IMG/VR virus record: IMGVR_UViG_3300038393_000605
Location: 1 to 28,573 of that record
Length of the DNA: 28,573 bases
Strand: one strand, 5' to 3'
Source of the DNA: a virus
Lineage: Duplodnaviria; Caudoviricetes
The stretch's first letter is position 1, and the number at the start of each line of letters is the position of its first letter. Below the pieces are notes generated by a model. The model saw only the letters and a program-made list of their open reading frames with translations. It did not search any database and was not told where the DNA came from. Positions 1 through 9,137 of the stretch are shown here, in pieces. Both the position numbers and the translations under genes were made by a program.

Positions 1-53
1 TTGCGGAAGTTCTGCGGGCCAGAAATCGGTCCTAACACTCACGAGGTCACACA

Positions 54-1040
54 ATGGCGGCAGTAGCCGGAACTCTCACCACCTTCGACTCGGTTGGCAA
101 CAGGGAAGACCTGTCCAACCTCATCTACAACATCTCGCCCACCGAAACCCCGTTCATGTCCATGATCGCGGGGCGCGGCAAGGTGAAGGCCACCTATACG
201 GAATGGCAGACGGATTCGCTCGCTTCGGCGGACGGCGCCAATGCTTTTGCCGAGGGCGAGGACGCCACCTATGCCACCGCTGCACCGACGACTCGCGTTG
301 GCAACCGCACTCAGATTTCGCGCAAGACCATCCTTGTCTCTGGCACCGAAGAGGTGATCGACAAGGCTGGTCGTGACTCGGAATACGAGTATCAGGCGGC
401 CAAGCGCATGGCCGAGCTGAAGCGCGACATGGAGAAGATCCTGACGGGCAATCAGGCGTCGTCTGCGGGCTCTCGCTCCGTGGCTCGCAAGCTTGGCTCC
501 CTGGAGGCATGGTACAGCACCAACACCCAGCGCGGCGCTGGCGGCAATGCCTCGGGCGGCTTCTCCGGCGGCGATGTTGCCGCAGCCACGGACGCCACCG
601 TTGGCGCCCAGCGCACCATCACGGAAACGATGCTCAAGACTGCCTGCCAGCAGGCTTGGACGTCCGGCGGTTCTCCGGATTACGTGATGGTCGGCCCGGT
701 GAACAAGCAGTTCATCTCCAAGTTCACGGGTATCGCCACCCTGTACCGCGATACGGCCGGGAAGAAGTCCGGGATTTCCATCCTTGGCGCGGCGGACATT
801 TACGTGTCCGACTTCGGCGAGGTGAAGATCATCCCGAACCGCTTCTCGCGTGAGCGCACCGCCCACGTCCTCGATTCCGAGTATTGGGAAGTCGATTACC
901 TCCGCCCGTTCAAGGAGGAGAAGCTTGCCAAGACCGGCGACGGCATCAAGGGTCAGGTCATTGTCGAATACACCCTGCGGTCCCGCAACGAGGCGGCCTC
1001 GGCGGTGATTGCCGACTTGACGACCACGCTGACCGCCTAA
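54..1040 (+). CDS. major capsid protein (DUF5309/SU10-like, HK97 fold)
   Basis: 328 aa; N-terminal GNREDLSNLIYNISPTETPF and the motifs EWQTDSL, GNRTQISRK, ELKRDME and LAKTGD match this MCP family as I recall it; GAGGT RBS at 43-47. Confidence 0.92.
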   Translation: MAAVAGTLTTFDSVGNREDLSNLIYNISPTETPFMSMIAGRGKVKATYTEWQTDSLASADGANAFAEGEDATYATAAPTTRVGNRTQISRKTILVSGTEEVIDKAGRDSEYEYQAAKRMAELKRDMEKILTGNQASSAGSRSVARKLGSLEAWYSTNTQRGAGGNASGGFSGGDVAAATDATVGAQRTITETMLKTACQQAWTSGGSPDYVMVGPVNKQFISKFTGIATLYRDTAGKKSGISILGAADIYVSDFGEVKIIPNRFSRERTAHVLDSEYWEVDYLRPFKEEKLAKTGDGIKGQVIVEYTLRSRNEAASAVIADLTTTLTA

Positions 1041-1057
1041 TCGGTCGGCTGACTAAC

Positions 1058-1089
1058 GGGGCGGGGAGCAATCTCCGCCCCTTCTCTTT
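1058..1089 (+). terminator. intrinsic terminator/attenuator after the capsid gene
   Basis: GGGGCGGGGA-GCAA-TCTCCGCCCC hairpin followed by TTCTCTTT. Confidence 0.75.
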
Positions 1090-1097
1090 GGAGGCGC

Positions 1098-1415
1098 ATG
1101 AAACGGCTTCTTGAGCGCGATCCTCTCACTGGGATCGAGACGTGGTTCCACAAAGACGGCGAGGGATTCAAGCTTGAGGCGATGCAGGACGTGTCTGCGA
1201 TCGTTGACTTGAACAAGGCCCTCCAGAACGCCGAGATCAACAAGGGCCAGAACAACGAATTTTGGCACGCCGCCAGCGTCCCGATGATCATTCTCCAGCA
1301 ATGGGCCAACGAGGCCGGCCTTGCGATGAACGACAAAGCCTTCGGTGAGGTCGTGAAGAAAAAGCTGAACGATCCCGACAATCGCTTCATGCGAACGGGG
1401 CTCTTCAAAATATGA
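1098..1415 (+). CDS. conserved hypothetical phage protein next to the capsid gene
   Basis: 105 aa; GGAGG RBS; QDV..I, ASVP..I..QW and LNDPDN..MRT motifs recalled from MCP-adjacent podophage genes. Confidence 0.75.
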   Translation: MKRLLERDPLTGIETWFHKDGEGFKLEAMQDVSAIVDLNKALQNAEINKGQNNEFWHAASVPMIILQQWANEAGLAMNDKAFGEVVKKKLNDPDNRFMRTGLFKI

Positions 1416-2779
1416 ACAGCTTCTTGGAAGGCATGATCGAGCGGGCCTCGAGGCTGGCCGACGAAGACAAGCTTGAAGAGGCCCACGCTCTGGCAACCAC
1501 AGTTGCCCGGCAGACTCCCGAGGAGCCGAGAGTCGCCTTCATTCTGGCCAACTGCCACCTGAAGGCAAAGAGGCCCGAAACGGCCTATTACCTCTATCGC
1601 TACATCCAGAAGTTCCCCGAATACCGGGGTGCGCAGATTTACAACTGCCTCGGTCATTGCCTCGCGGAAATGGGGCAGCTTGAGGAATCGGAGCATTGGT
1701 ATCTGAAGGCGCTGAAATCCGGCGCCACGGATGCGACGTATGCTTCACTAGCTTCTATCTACACGAAGAAAGGCGACCCCCAGAAGGCGGTGGATATGGC
1801 GGAGAAAGCCATCTCCATGAACCCCGAGAATCAGGAGGCGAAGTGGAACGGCTCGCTCGCTCTCCTAAAGCTCAAGCAATGGAAACGGGGTTGGGAGTGG
1901 TATGACGCGCTCCTGCAAACCAAACTCAGGCCCAAGCCCCCGGCATTGAACGACGTCGAGCTGCCGACGTGGGAAGGCGAGGGGGGGAATGTCCTGGTTT
2001 ACGGGGAGCAGGGGTTAGGCGACGAAATCATGTTCGCCTCCATGCTCCCCGACGTTGTGAAGAGCGCGGGCCGGGTGATCTGCGCGGTTGACCCCCGGTT
2101 GATCGGATTGCTCAAGCGCAGCTTCCCCGACGTGATTTTCACCTCGCGCAAGGGCAAGGACATCGTTCTGCCCGAGCCAATCGACATCACGCACACCATC
2201 GCTCTGGGTTCTCTCGGGAGGTTCTTCCGCAACGCAGACGAGGATTTCCCCGGAACGCCTTACCTGAAGGCTGATCCCGACAGGTCAACGATGTACCGCG
2301 CCCTCCTCGACAGCTTGGGGGAGGGGAAGAGAATCGGCGTGATGTGGAAGGGTGGAGTAGGAGGATTGGACGAGGACGAGCGGACGATGACGCTCCGCGA
2401 CCTTGAGCCGATCCTTTCGCAAGACGCACAGTTCGTGAGCCTAAATCACCTGCCGGAAGCGGAGATCGAGTGTTCACGGTTCTACGACCAGACCGGGATC
2501 AAGGTTCACCACTTCGGTTTTGCCACACAGACCCAGGACTACGACGACACGGCCGCACTGATCAGCCAGTTGGCCGCGGTTGTGTGCATGACGGGCACGG
2601 CGGCCCACTGTGCGGCGGCTCTAGGCGTCGATACGCACGTCTTAGTCCCAAGGATGCCTTACTGGCGATACCTCCACACGGGCTTGAAAATGCCCTGGTA
2701 TGCGTCCATGACCATGCACCGGCAGACGGACAAGTGGCCGGTTGAGGAAGTCGCGGAGGCGTTGTTTGGGCCTCGGTGA
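1412..2779 (+). CDS. TPR-containing GT-B glycosyltransferase (FlmG/FlbA-like architecture)
   Basis: N-terminal TPR helices (IYNCLGHCLAEMGQLEESEHWYLKAL etc.), then EQGLGDEIMF, IGVMWKG, DYDDTAALI, AHCAAALG and MPWY; ATGA overlap with the upstream gene. Confidence 0.85.
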   Translation: MNSFLEGMIERASRLADEDKLEEAHALATTVARQTPEEPRVAFILANCHLKAKRPETAYYLYRYIQKFPEYRGAQIYNCLGHCLAEMGQLEESEHWYLKALKSGATDATYASLASIYTKKGDPQKAVDMAEKAISMNPENQEAKWNGSLALLKLKQWKRGWEWYDALLQTKLRPKPPALNDVELPTWEGEGGNVLVYGEQGLGDEIMFASMLPDVVKSAGRVICAVDPRLIGLLKRSFPDVIFTSRKGKDIVLPEPIDITHTIALGSLGRFFRNADEDFPGTPYLKADPDRSTMYRALLDSLGEGKRIGVMWKGGVGGLDEDERTMTLRDLEPILSQDAQFVSLNHLPEAEIECSRFYDQTGIKVHHFGFATQTQDYDDTAALISQLAAVVCMTGTAAHCAAALGVDTHVLVPRMPYWRYLHTGLKMPWYASMTMHRQTDKWPVEEVAEALFGPR

Positions 2780-3551
2780 CGAGATCATGGCTTCCGCATG
2801 GGCGCGGCGGGCCAAGAGCAGGAACCCAGACGCTAAAATCTTCATCGGCCCCGAGGGGAAACCTGAGTGGTCTACGGTTTGGGAGAACAACCCGAACATC
2901 TCTAAGCCGGAGCAGTTCAAGAGAGGCGAGCCCTCCATTTGGGTCCGGCACTACACCGGACACAGGCCCTACATCAAAGGCGTCACTCCGGGGAACATCG
3001 TCTACAACGAGGACCACCGCTGCGAGCCGGGGGATATATTCTTCGCGCCGAGCGAGGTAAACAACGCCGCCCGCCTAGTCGGGTTCAGCACGGAGCCGTT
3101 CATTCTGATCGAGCCGCACATCAAAGGCTCGTTTTCAGGAAACAAGGCGTGGTTCTGGGATCGCTGGCAGCAAGTCGCCAACGGGTTAAAGAACGTCGTT
3201 CAAATCGGAGACCGACACAGGAAATCGCTTCAGGGGGTGAGGCGGGTTCATACGGGAGATTTCCGACAGGCGCTTGCGGTCGTTTCGCAAGCCTCTCTGG
3301 TGATCACAACGGACGGGGCCTTACACCACGCTGCGGCTGCGCTAGGGCGTCCTGCGGTCGTTCTCTGGGGCGCCAGGACGCATCCGAAGATCATCGGCTA
3401 TGACAGCCATGTGAACCTCTACACGGGCCACGGCGAGTCCTGCGGGTCGATGGTGTCCTGCCAGCACTGCATGGATGCGATGAAGCGAATTTCGGTTGAA
3501 ATGGTCTTAGAGGCGGTTCGTGAAACGAGTCGGAACATGGTGGCTGCCTGA
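2766..3551 (+). CDS. glycosyltransferase family 9 (heptosyltransferase-like)
   Basis: Start reassigned to TTG at 2766 (GGAGG upstream), giving MGLGDEIM; NNPNI, K.W..DRW, ITTDGALHHAAAALGRPAVVLWG and a C-terminal Cys cluster. Confidence 0.85.
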   Translation: MGLGDEIMASAWARRAKSRNPDAKIFIGPEGKPEWSTVWENNPNISKPEQFKRGEPSIWVRHYTGHRPYIKGVTPGNIVYNEDHRCEPGDIFFAPSEVNNAARLVGFSTEPFILIEPHIKGSFSGNKAWFWDRWQQVANGLKNVVQIGDRHRKSLQGVRRVHTGDFRQALAVVSQASLVITTDGALHHAAAALGRPAVVLWGARTHPKIIGYDSHVNLYTGHGESCGSMVSCQHCMDAMKRISVEMVLEAVRETSRNMVAA

Positions 3552-4170
3552 CGAAGAGCAGCATCTAGCGGAGTGGATTACCAAGTGCGGCGAGTATCAG
3601 GCTCCCCATAGGGCAAATGCCCTCTCCCATGTCGGCAAATGGGGTGTGGCGGTGGACGTTGGGGCTCACGTCGGGCTGTGGTCCAGGGAGTTCACTGGAA
3701 AGTTCTCCCACGTTCATGCATTTGAACCGATGGAAGAACACCGGGCCTGCTACGTCCGTAACATTGAGAGAAACAACTACACGCTTCATCCGTATGCCCT
3801 CGGAGAGAAAGAGGGGACGGTGAAGATGGTCACGGTAGACCATTCGACCGGCGGAACGCACGTTGACCCGAAAGAATCCGGAGACACCCCAGTTCGCACT
3901 CTCGATTCGTTCAACCTGCCGTCCGTCGATTTTATGAAGATGGACTGCGAAGCCTACGAGCTGTTCGTTCTAAAGGGGGCGAGAGAAACGCTCCTCCGCT
4001 GCAAGCCCATCGTCTGCATGGAACAGAAAAACCAGGGGTATTTTGGCCATCCTCGGTATGCCGCCTCTGAATATCTTAGAGGGCTGGGAGCAAAGGCTTT
4101 GTCCCACTTCAAAGACGATTGGGTGTTCGGCTGGCCCGATCGTCTACACGACGGAAGGGCCGTGGGCTGA
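3520..4170 (+). CDS. FkbM family SAM-dependent methyltransferase
   Basis: VDVGAHVGLW, HAFEP, PYALG, RTLDSF, DFMKMDCEAYELFVLKGA. Confidence 0.9.
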   Translation: MKRVGTWWLPDEEQHLAEWITKCGEYQAPHRANALSHVGKWGVAVDVGAHVGLWSREFTGKFSHVHAFEPMEEHRACYVRNIERNNYTLHPYALGEKEGTVKMVTVDHSTGGTHVDPKESGDTPVRTLDSFNLPSVDFMKMDCEAYELFVLKGARETLLRCKPIVCMEQKNQGYFGHPRYAASEYLRGLGAKALSHFKDDWVFGWPDRLHDGRAVG

Positions 4171-4858
4171 CATAGCCCCTTGCATTGAAGGAACGCACGT
4201 CCCGGCAAGCGAGGGTTTAAAGCCAGGAATAGGAATCATCTGGGGGCTCCTTAGGGGCTCTTCAGAGCTAATAGACGCTTCTCTGAAAGCAAAGCAGCCG
4301 TGGGTCTACCTCGACCACGGGTATTTCCACCGGGGCCACTACGACGGCCACTACCGGATGACGCTGTGCGACTTCCAGCAGCGCACAATTATCGAACGAC
4401 CAGCTGACCGTTGGGAGCGATTAGGGGTCAGACTTAAGCCTTGGCGGAAGGGCAAGGAGATCATCGTCTGCCCGCCCTCGGATCATGTGTGCCGGGTGTT
4501 CGGACTGGACGCTTGGGAGCGGGAGACCGTTCGAGCCCTCAAGGAACACACCGACCGGCCGATACGGGTAAGACGCAAGACGGATTCGAGAACCTTCCTG
4601 TCTGCGATCTCCGACGCGCATTGCGTAGTAACCCACAACAGTCTTGCCGCCGTGGAAGCCGCAGTCTTCGGGGTCCCTGTATTTGTCGATAAATCCTCCG
4701 CGGCCGCTCCAGTGGCGCTGACGGACCTAACGAAGATCGAGACGCCCATCTATCCAGACAGGGAAGGGTGGGCTTGCTCGCTGGCTTACGGGCAGTTTAC
4801 CCGAGACGAAATGAAATCCGGATTGGCATGGGAATCGGTTAATGGCGGGACTTCTTGA
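4043..4858 (+). CDS. capsule-biosynthesis (KpsS/KpsC-like) GT-B protein; start uncertain
   Basis: YLDHGYF, RPIRVRRK and VVTHNSLAAVEAAVFGVPVF resemble the C-terminal GT-B motif of Kps proteins; no start codon near the end of the upstream gene. Confidence 0.6.
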   Translation: MAILGMPPLNILEGWEQRLCPTSKTIGCSAGPIVYTTEGPWADIAPCIEGTHVPASEGLKPGIGIIWGLLRGSSELIDASLKAKQPWVYLDHGYFHRGHYDGHYRMTLCDFQQRTIIERPADRWERLGVRLKPWRKGKEIIVCPPSDHVCRVFGLDAWERETVRALKEHTDRPIRVRRKTDSRTFLSAISDAHCVVTHNSLAAVEAAVFGVPVFVDKSSAAAPVALTDLTKIETPIYPDREGWACSLAYGQFTRDEMKSGLAWESVNGGTS

Positions 4859-5402
4859 AGACGCCGAGGACCGCGCCATCCCAGTTAACATGCGCATGTA
4901 TCTTGCGCACCTGACTGGAGACAAGACGCCGCTCACGGAAAAGAATCTTTGGCCGTCTGACTTGGAGGCGGTCAAGCGAGCGGTCGCTCGCCAGATGGCT
5001 AAGCAGCCGGACGCTGGCGTTATTGGGTATGGCGACTACGCTCCGGCCCCCGACCAATTCTCATCCTTTGCCGACGGGCCGGGCATTCTCGGCATCATTG
5101 GCGATAGCTTTTCCGACCCGTCATTTCGCCTAGAAACAACGCTCGGCATGGCCCGCTACCAGAAAGACCCATCGGGCAACGTAGTTGTTCGGGACCGATA
5201 CAACTTCAATGCAACCCGGAAGCAGGTTCAGGACGCGCTCGACGGGCGCTCGAAACTCGGCGTTCTCGCGGATGCACTTTCAAAAGCGGGACTCCCTGGT
5301 CTGCTGAACGCCATCGGGAATATCTACGGCGCCACTGATGATGAGGGCGGGACGCCCGTCGAAATCAACCTCGGCAAAGTGCGGCCGGGTCTGCTGGATT
5401 AA
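4842..5402 (+). CDS. hypothetical protein, possible internal virion protein
   Basis: 186 aa; starts MAGLLE and ends PGLLD; contains TTLG..Y.KD..GNVVV.D.YNFN. Confidence 0.65.
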   Translation: MAGLLEDAEDRAIPVNMRMYLAHLTGDKTPLTEKNLWPSDLEAVKRAVARQMAKQPDAGVIGYGDYAPAPDQFSSFADGPGILGIIGDSFSDPSFRLETTLGMARYQKDPSGNVVVRDRYNFNATRKQVQDALDGRSKLGVLADALSKAGLPGLLNAIGNIYGATDDEGGTPVEINLGKVRPGLLD

Positions 5403-5414
5403 AAACAGATTGGC

Positions 5415-6107
5415 ATGGAGAACATGCGCGAGTTGACGGTTTACGTCGGATATGACGCACGAGAACATGACGCATACGAAGTTTGTAGGAAGTCTCTGCT
5501 CGCTCATTCCCCCAACGTAACCGTCATCCCTTTGAAGGCCGATGAGCTAAGGGCTCAGGGTCTTTACTGGCGGGAATACAGCGAAAAGGGCCGCCAGAAA
5601 TACGACGCCATCGACGGCAAACCCTTTTCAACCGACTTCAGCTTCACGCGGTTTCTAGTCCCCTCGATCCACAAAGAGGGATGGGCGCTGTTCTGCGACT
5701 CGGACTTCCTGTTTCGGGATGATGTTCTGAATCTCTGGCCCGATCAGAGTTGCGCTGTGATGTGTGTGAAGCACACCTACCAGCCGGGCAAGGGCATCAA
5801 GATGGACGGGCAGCGGCAGGAAAACTACCACCGCAAGAATTGGTCGTCGTTCGTGCTGTGGAACTGCGACCATCCTGCAAATCGGACATTCACGCCCGAG
5901 ATTGTCAACACGAAATCCGGCTCCTGGCTCCATGCCTTCAAATGGCTGATGGATGACGAGATCGGGGCGATTGACGAAAAGTGGAATCACTTGGAGGGGC
6001 ACTCGAAAGGCGAGCGTCCGTCAGCCGTTCATTTCACCCGCGGCGTCCCCTCGATGCCCGGTTATGAAAACATCCCCTATGCCGACGAGTGGCGGGCCTA
6101 TCTATGA
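5415..6107 (+). CDS. GT-A glycosyltransferase (GT8/CDI-like)
   Basis: VYVGYDARE, STDFSFTRFLVP, DxD motif (FCDSD), RKNWSS and VHFT.G.P. Confidence 0.88.
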   Translation: MENMRELTVYVGYDAREHDAYEVCRKSLLAHSPNVTVIPLKADELRAQGLYWREYSEKGRQKYDAIDGKPFSTDFSFTRFLVPSIHKEGWALFCDSDFLFRDDVLNLWPDQSCAVMCVKHTYQPGKGIKMDGQRQENYHRKNWSSFVLWNCDHPANRTFTPEIVNTKSGSWLHAFKWLMDDEIGAIDEKWNHLEGHSKGERPSAVHFTRGVPSMPGYENIPYADEWRAYL

Positions 6108-6757
6108 GCATCACCACATACGACGAGCTTAAGACCGCCGTGGGCAACTACCTCGCCCGCTCCGATCTCACCTCGTTCATTCCCGGTTTCATCGCGGGGG
6201 CGGAAACGCGCATTGCCTACGGGTCGGACGAGCCCTTTCCCACGCAGGCCCTTCGTATTCGCGCAATGGAGACCGAAAGCACGTTCACGGTCGGGGCTCA
6301 GTCCGTGGCTCTCCCCACCGGATATCTTCAGATGCGGAGTTTCTATATCTCCGCCAATGGGAGAAATGTCCCGCTTGAGCAAACCTCCCAAGAGGACCTT
6401 TACCGCCGTTACCCGTCAACGTCGGGAACCCCTAAGTTTTACGCTCTCGCGGGCGACAACATCGTTTTCGGGCCGTCTCCGTCTTCGAGTTCTACCTACT
6501 CGGCGACGATGCTCTATTACAAAAAGTTCGATGATGTTGCTACGGCTGACCCGGTTCCGTGGCTTCTTACTAACGCTCCACTAGTCTATGTCTATGGGGC
6601 TCTTTTAGAGGCCGCACCGTTCATCCGCAACGACGAGAGAATCCAGCTTTGGCAGGGGCTGTTTGCTGGCCAGATCGGTGGGTTGATGCGCTCCGACAAA
6701 AGGGATCGTTGGGGCGGGTCTGTCGTGGCCGTTCGCAACGATGCTGGCAATCCATAG
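6104..6757 (+). CDS. head-to-tail adaptor protein
   Basis: ATG 6104 overlaps the upstream stop (ATGA); ITTYDELKTAV..YLARSDL..FI..AE and WLLTNAP..YVYGALLEA.PF..NDERI..W are typical podophage adaptor motifs. Confidence 0.8.
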   Translation: MSITTYDELKTAVGNYLARSDLTSFIPGFIAGAETRIAYGSDEPFPTQALRIRAMETESTFTVGAQSVALPTGYLQMRSFYISANGRNVPLEQTSQEDLYRRYPSTSGTPKFYALAGDNIVFGPSPSSSSTYSATMLYYKKFDDVATADPVPWLLTNAPLVYVYGALLEAAPFIRNDERIQLWQGLFAGQIGGLMRSDKRDRWGGSVVAVRNDAGNP

Positions 6758-8251
6758 ATGCCGATCGTTCAGTTCACCGAATGGGCTCCCGACAAAGCAG
6801 ACATTGGGAACCCAGGGGAGACGATTGCTCAGAATGTCTTCCCGAAGTCCGGTGGTGGATATTCTCCCGCCACTTCGCTGGTCGAGTTCTCCAATGCTTT
6901 AACAGCAAGGTGCAAGGGAGCTATTGCGGCAAAGGACAGCGCCGCGGGTGTTTACAACTTCGCCGGGGATGCGACGAAGCTATATCGGCTTTCATCTGTC
7001 ACTTACTCGGACGTTTCGAGGACGGCCGGTTATACGACTGCTGCTGATGAGAGTTGGCGCTTCTGCCAGTTCGGCCAGAAGGTCTATGCAACGAATCTCA
7101 ATTCCACGATCCAGTCATTCACGCTCGGCACGTCGAGCCTGTTCCAGAACATAACAGGCGGAGCTCCCAAGGCTCGGCATATAGCCACAATCGACCCCGG
7201 CTTTGTCATGGTGGGGAACACGAACGATCCCATCGACGGGGCCGTTCCCAATCGTGTGTGGTGGTCGGCTTACGGCGATCCGGATAGCTGGCCGACCATC
7301 GGCTCGGCCTTGGCGCAGGCGAATCAGTCGGACTTCAACGACCTTCCTACAGGCGGATGGGTTCAGGCGGTTCTTGGGGCAGTAGGTGGCGCATCGGCAG
7401 CGGTTATCTGCGAGTCGGCTGTTTATCGGGTGGACTACGAAGGCCCGCCCGCAGTGTTCCGGTTTACCTGCGTTGACAGGTCAAGGGGAACCCCGGCCCC
7501 GAATAGCGTCATCAACATTGGAAATTTCGCCGCCTTCCTCGGGGACGAGGATTTCTATCTGTTCGATGGGTCGCAGTGCATCCCCATCGGATCAGGAAAA
7601 GTAGCCAAGACCTTCTACGCAGATTTGAATCAGAGCTATTACGACCGGATTTATGGAGCAGTTGACCCGATCAACAAAATGCTCCTGTGGGCCTATCCCT
7701 CAACGCTTTCCCAGACCGGCAATCCAGACACGATCATCGCCTACAATTGGTCGGAGAAGCGGTGGTCGAAAGTCTCGGTCGATCTGGAATTTCTCTACCG
7801 CAGTTTGACCACTAGTCAAACCCTGGAGGATCTCGACGCCTTGGGATTCACCCTCGAAACCCTCCCGTTCTCCCTCGACTCGAAAGCATGGACGGGCGGC
7901 ACCATCGCCCTCGCTGGATTCTCCACGAGCCACAAGCTCGCTCTCTTTACGGGCTCCACCCTGGAAGCCACGCTGGTAACAGGGGAGTTCGAGAACAACG
8001 GTGGGTTTATTTACGTCCAAGGCGTTCGCCCGATTGTTGATGGAGGAACGCCAACGGTAAGTGTCGGCACGCGGAACACGCCGCAGGGCGCGATCTCCTA
8101 CACCACGGCGACGAGTCCGGGCGATGACGGGGTTTGCCCGCAACACGTCTCCGCTAGATATGCGCGGGCGAAGGTGGTTATTCCGGCTGGGGAGAGCTGG
8201 TCCAACGCTGTAGGTGTCCAGCCCTACCTTCAGATGGAAGGCGGGCGATGA
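6758..8251 (+). CDS. tail nozzle / DNA stabilisation protein (P22 gp10-like position)
   Basis: 497 aa, beta-rich; W.PD, RVWWS, DFYLFDG, IGSGKV, YNW..KRWS; directly follows the adaptor. Confidence 0.72.
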   Translation: MPIVQFTEWAPDKADIGNPGETIAQNVFPKSGGGYSPATSLVEFSNALTARCKGAIAAKDSAAGVYNFAGDATKLYRLSSVTYSDVSRTAGYTTAADESWRFCQFGQKVYATNLNSTIQSFTLGTSSLFQNITGGAPKARHIATIDPGFVMVGNTNDPIDGAVPNRVWWSAYGDPDSWPTIGSALAQANQSDFNDLPTGGWVQAVLGAVGGASAAVICESAVYRVDYEGPPAVFRFTCVDRSRGTPAPNSVINIGNFAAFLGDEDFYLFDGSQCIPIGSGKVAKTFYADLNQSYYDRIYGAVDPINKMLLWAYPSTLSQTGNPDTIIAYNWSEKRWSKVSVDLEFLYRSLTTSQTLEDLDALGFTLETLPFSLDSKAWTGGTIALAGFSTSHKLALFTGSTLEATLVTGEFENNGGFIYVQGVRPIVDGGTPTVSVGTRNTPQGAISYTTATSPGDDGVCPQHVSARYARAKVVIPAGESWSNAVGVQPYLQMEGGR

Positions 8252-8610
8252 GCATCTTTTCGTTCCCGCGGGCGCAAGAGGGAACGTCGGATCAGACTCC
8301 CATCGGACTGGCAAGGGCGCTCAGACAGATAGCCGGAGTAACGAACGGCGTCCTTGCGGGACGGCTTAATGCCGTAGCGGAAGTCACGCTTACCTCCAGC
8401 GCCGGAAGCACGACGATGACCGACGCAAGGCTGACGAGAAACAGCCTTGTCGTCTTTGATCCCACGACGGCAAACGCGGCCGCCGAGATTTACGGCGGGA
8501 CGATGTACGTCAAGGACGATGGGACGAACCGGAAGAGTGGTTCCTTCATCATTACTCACGCGAACAACGGTCAGACCGATCGCACGTTCAAAGCCTTGAT
8601 CATAGGTTAG
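8248..8610 (+). CDS. small virion structural protein
   Basis: 120 aa; ATGA-coupled to the nozzle gene; VTL..STT.TD.R...S...F.P..ANAA and ITHAN. Confidence 0.65.
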   Translation: MSIFSFPRAQEGTSDQTPIGLARALRQIAGVTNGVLAGRLNAVAEVTLTSSAGSTTMTDARLTRNSLVVFDPTTANAAAEIYGGTMYVKDDGTNRKSGSFIITHANNGQTDRTFKALIIG

Positions 8611-8612
8611 CC

Positions 8613-9137
8613 ATGTATCCACAACGCGCCATTTCCCCTTTCCATCTCGGCTTTCCTCAACTCCCGCAGCGGCAAATGGCTATGACTCCTCAGGGGTTCA
8701 CGGCCACGGCTCCGGCGCAACAGCAACAGCCGCAGCAGCAGCAGTCTCCTCTCGTTGGAACCATCGGAAATCTTGCTTTAAGGAAAGCATTCGCCGCGCC
8801 CGCCCCGCTCTTCGGAAGCGCCGAGGCCGGGGCGGCTGCCGATGCGGCGGACGCGGCCTCTCCTTATGCCGCCGACGCACTCTTGGCGAACGGTGCTGAT
8901 CCCGAAATCATGGCCCAGCTCGCGGCCGAAGGCACGACGGCCGATCTTGGTCTTGGGGCGGGGGCAACGACCGCGGCAGGTGCCGCTGCTGGGGAGGGTG
9001 CCGCGGGTGCGGCTGCGGCGGAAGGTGCGGGCGCTGCTGCGGGCGAGGCCGGGCTACTCGGCGCGAGCGCATTGGGCCCCATCGCTCTCGGTGGTCTGGG
9101 CATCTACGGTCTGGGAAGCCTGCTTGACTGGTGGTGA
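8613..9137 (+). CDS. Ala/Gly-rich putative internal virion protein
   Basis: 174 aa; Gln run, AAGAAAGE-type repeats and a hydrophobic Gly-zipper C-terminus. Confidence 0.6.
   Translation: MYPQRAISPFHLGFPQLPQRQMAMTPQGFTATAPAQQQQPQQQQSPLVGTIGNLALRKAFAAPAPLFGSAEAGAAADAADAASPYAADALLANGADPEIMAQLAAEGTTADLGLGAGATTAAGAAAGEGAAGAAAAEGAGAAAGEAGLLGASALGPIALGGLGIYGLGSLLDWW

Noticed and set aside
1-35. 3' end of a scaffold gene (AEVLRARNRS-stop)
   Set aside because: Plausible by position but too short to support
39-866. 275-aa minus-strand ORF and similar long shadow ORFs (e.g. 21807-22613 +, 19530-20045 +)
   Set aside because: Antisense to well-supported genes or signals, with no motifs; expected in GC-rich DNA
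1412-6107. Host LPS locus or DNA-hypermodification cluster
   Set aside because: The genes are coupled to phage structural genes on both sides and no base-modification or replication genes are adjacent; disfavoured rather than excluded
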